A program made the translations under genes and the position numbers. This document shows, piece after piece, positions 30,224-32,000 of a stretch of DNA of 32,000 nt. Each line of letters opens with the position of its first letter. Within the stretch, counting starts at the first letter, position 1. Below the pieces are notes generated by a model. It did no database searches and was not told the origin of the DNA. It saw only the letters and a program-made list of their open reading frames with translations. The stretch is from Nocardia terpenica (GTDB lineage: Bacteria; Actinomycetota; Actinomycetes; Mycobacteriales; Mycobacteriaceae): assembly GCF_013186535.1 (NCBI RefSeq), contig NZ_JABMCZ010000001.1:2100664-2132663 (forward strand), written 5' to 3'.

Positions 30224-31135
30224 TCACGGCAGCGGCAGGCCGTCGATGGCGTCGCGCAGGCAGGCGGCCAGATCGTCGACCGCGTCGGTGATCAGGCCGG
30301 GCAGCCGGGCCAGCAGCACCCGCCGGGTCACCGGCGCGCCCTCGACGACGCGCACCACCCGCACCGTATCCGGGACCAGCGCCAGCAGGTACGGGGGCAG
30401 CGTGGTGACCCCGTACCCGGCGGCGACCAGCGACAGCTTCGACAGCCAATCCCGGGTCTGATGGCCGATGATCGGGCGCTGGGGGAGCGCGGGCCAGACG
30501 CCGATGCCGTGCTCGCCGGTGGTGTGCGGGCCGGAGACCCAGGTCGCGGTCTGCAGGTCGTCGAGGCCGACGGTGCCGTCGCGGCCCAGGCGGCTGTCGG
30601 CGGGCACGGCCACCAGCAGTTCGCCCTCGAGCAGCACGTCCAGTTCCAGCGGCGGGTCCTGGTCGTCGGGCGCCGGGTAGGGCGGGCGCGCGGAGATCAC
30701 GGCCAGGTCCAGGGTGCCCGCGCGCAGGCTGCGGGTGAGCGCGGCGGTCGAACCCTCCCGGGTGACGACGTCGACGTCCGGGCGGCGGCGGCGCATCAGC
30801 GTCAGGGTCTCCGGCAGCACCGCCGCGCCGATGCTGGTGAACACCCCGACACGCACCGTGCCGCCGCCGGGTTCGATGCCGTGCAGGGCGCGCTCGGCCC
30901 GGTCCAGATCGTCGAGCGCGGCCGAGGCGTGCCGCAGCAGCGTGGCCCCGGCCGCGGTGAGGGTCGCCCCGCCGCTGCGCCGCTCGAACAGCGGCGTGCC
31001 CGCCGCGTGTTCGAGCACGGCCATCTGCCGCGACACCGCCGACTGGGTATAGCCGAGCGCTCCCGCGGCGGCGGTGAACGACCCCAGCTCCGCAATCGCC
31101 CGCAGCACCCGCAGCGCGGTCGAGGACCACTCCAT
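30224..31135 (-). CDS. LysR-family transcriptional regulator
   Basis: ORF track 30224..31210 (-), trimmed to MEWSSTALRVLRAIAELGSFTAAAGALGYTQSAVSRQMAVLE (ATG 31133-31135), the canonical LysR HTH N-terminus. A substrate-binding domain follows. Confidence 0.85.
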   Translation of the reverse strand: MEWSSTALRVLRAIAELGSFTAAAGALGYTQSAVSRQMAVLEHAAGTPLFERRSGGATLTAAGATLLRHASAALDDLDRAERALHGIEPGGGTVRVGVFTSIGAAVLPETLTLMRRRRPDVDVVTREGSTAALTRSLRAGTLDLAVISARPPYPAPDDQDPPLELDVLLEGELLVAVPADSRLGRDGTVGLDDLQTATWVSGPHTTGEHGIGVWPALPQRPIIGHQTRDWLSKLSLVAAGYGVTTLPPYLLALVPDTVRVVRVVEGAPVTRRVLLARLPGLITDAVDDLAACLRDAIDGLPLP

Positions 31136-31180
31136 GGCGAAACAACATACCCGGCAGTCGAATCCGTCGTTCCGCAAGAG

Positions 31181-31196
31181 ATTGATCGCGAACAAT
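31181..31196. promoter_or_regulatory. Candidate LysR box ATTGATCGCGAACAAT (T-N11-A within a 7/8 dyad)
   Basis: Lies 46-61 nt upstream of the LysR start. Arms ATTG/CAAT are perfect and the centre TCGCGA is palindromic. Confidence 0.3.
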
Positions 31197-31216
31197 CCGG
31201 AGCGGCCCACCTATTA

Positions 31217-31262
31217 TCCAGGCGTGCTACCACCCGTTGTCCCGGCGTGCTTTTGGCCGGGA
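31217..31262 (-). repeat. Hairpin head TCCCGGCGTGCTTTTGGCCGGGA (31240-31262, copy 5 of 5) with one degenerate 23-bp unit (31217-31239)
   Basis: Direct reading. Same head as copies 1 and 2. The preceding unit TCCAGGCGTGCTACCACCCGTTG shares the TCC.GGCGTGCT start. Confidence 0.8.
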
Positions 31263-31278
31263 CCACCCGCCCGCAGTG

Positions 31279-32000
31279 TCAGCGGACCGCGGCCGCGAGC
31301 GGGACCTGCTGGCGCCGAGCGAGATTGCGCTCCAGCAGCTCCAGCGACATGCTCACGCCGACGCTGGTGTCGGTGACCACCGGCAGGCGGCCGTCGTTGG
31401 CGCGCAGCGCCAGCAGGGCGTCGGTGATGGCGGTGTGGGCGGCGAACAGGCACGGCGTGGAGTAGATCGCGACGTTCACCCCCAGCTCACCGAGTTCGGT
31501 CAGCGACAGCCGCGGCGACAGGCCGCCCGCGATCTGGTTGAACAGCAGCGGCTTGTCGCCGACGACGCCGCGCACCTTGCGAATCCACTCGACGCTGCGC
31601 ACCCCGTCCACCAGCAGCACGTCCGCGTCGGTGTCGGCCAGGGCGGCGGCGCGGTAGAGGATCTCCGACTCCTCGGTGGCATCGGTGCGCGCCACGACCA
31701 CCAGATCCGACCGGGTGTCGAGCACCATGGTCAGCTTCTCCCGGTACTCCTCGAAGGGCAGGATCTGCTTGCCCGCGACGTGCCCGCAGCGGCGCGGCCG
31801 CTTCTGGTCCTCCAGGATCACCCCGGACGCGCCGATGCGTTCCAGATTCGCCACCACCTGGCAGGCGACCTCGGGATCGACATAGCCGTCGTCGATGTCG
31901 ACCAGCAGATGCTGGCGCGGGAACGCCAGGCGCAGCCGCGCGACGAAGTCGACCATATCGGGCCAGGCGATGAATCCGATGTCGGGCAGGCCGTAGTAGG
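31279..32000 (-). CDS. Isocitrate lyase / PEP mutase family protein (methylisocitrate lyase or carboxyvinyl-carboxyphosphonate phosphorylmutase-like); N-terminus beyond window
   Basis: ORF track 31279..31956 (-). The frame stays open to the window edge (…YYGLPDIGFIAWPDMVDF…). Family motifs VDIDDGY and ILEDQKRPRRCGH. Confidence 0.8.
   Translation of the reverse strand, partial: YYGLPDIGFIAWPDMVDFVARLRLAFPRQHLLVDIDDGYVDPEVACQVVANLERIGASGVILEDQKRPRRCGHVAGKQILPFEEYREKLTMVLDTRSDLVVVARTDATEESEILYRAAALADTDADVLLVDGVRSVEWIRKVRGVVGDKPLLFNQIAGGLSPRLSLTELGELGVNVAIYSTPCLFAAHTAITDALLALRANDGRLPVVTDTSVGVSMSLELLERNLARRQQVPLAAAVR

Noticed and set aside
13936-31262. Calling the cluster a mobile genomic island.
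   Set aside because: I saw no integrase, transposase, tRNA gene or direct-repeat attachment sites, and no obvious GC shift relative to the flanks. Only the inverted hairpin repeats hint at mobility, and these are reported as a finding rather than as a mobile-element feature.

Overview
About 70% GC actinomycete chromosomal DNA, probably from a mycolate-producing genus such as Nocardia. This guess rests on an antigen-85-type mycolyltransferase, many GTG starts and ATGA/GTGA-coupled operons. I call 31 protein-coding genes, 3 of them very small and tentative. I found no rRNA, tRNA, transposase, integrase or CRISPR array.

Left part (1-13.5 kb): a CN-hydrolase, an NCS1 permease and an amidohydrolase form a possible carbamoyl/hydantoin-type utilisation group, and the first two share an operator-like motif. 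Next come a mycolyltransferase with a Ser/Gly insertion, an MDR oxidoreductase, a PAS-GGDEF-EAL protein followed by two tiny ORFs, a DUF574-type methyltransferase, a secreted chagasin-family (I42) peptidase inhibitor and a small secreted protein. The block ends with an ArsR plus SRPBCC pair and a divergently arranged ECF sigma / zf-HC2 anti-sigma pair.

Centre and right (13.9-31.1 kb): a compact terpenoid-hybrid biosynthetic gene cluster. Its genes are a TauD dioxygenase, aminotransferase, polyprenyl synthase, UbiA prenyltransferase, SHC/OSC-fold cyclase, FAD monooxygenase, P450, aryl-acid adenylase, chorismatase, stand-alone HHxxxD acyltransferase, GT2 glycosyltransferase, O-methyltransferase, SARP activator and LysR regulator. 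The window ends in a truncated isocitrate-lyase/PEP-mutase family gene.

From memory, the cluster content and order match the brasilicardin (bra0-bra12) cluster of Nocardia terpenica. The pathway class is therefore probably known, and I cannot confirm identity without a database search.

The least explained signals are:
(1) A family of hairpin-headed, exactly phased 23-24 bp tandem repeats that fill several intergenic regions. They split the cluster in two, and inverted copies bracket it.
(2) Non-canonical catalytic motifs in the cyclase and the polyprenyl synthase.
(3) An adenylase plus condensation-like pair with no carrier protein.
(4) Three short hydrophobic ORFs.
(5) An anti-sigma factor with a Met/His-rich predicted extracytoplasmic loop.
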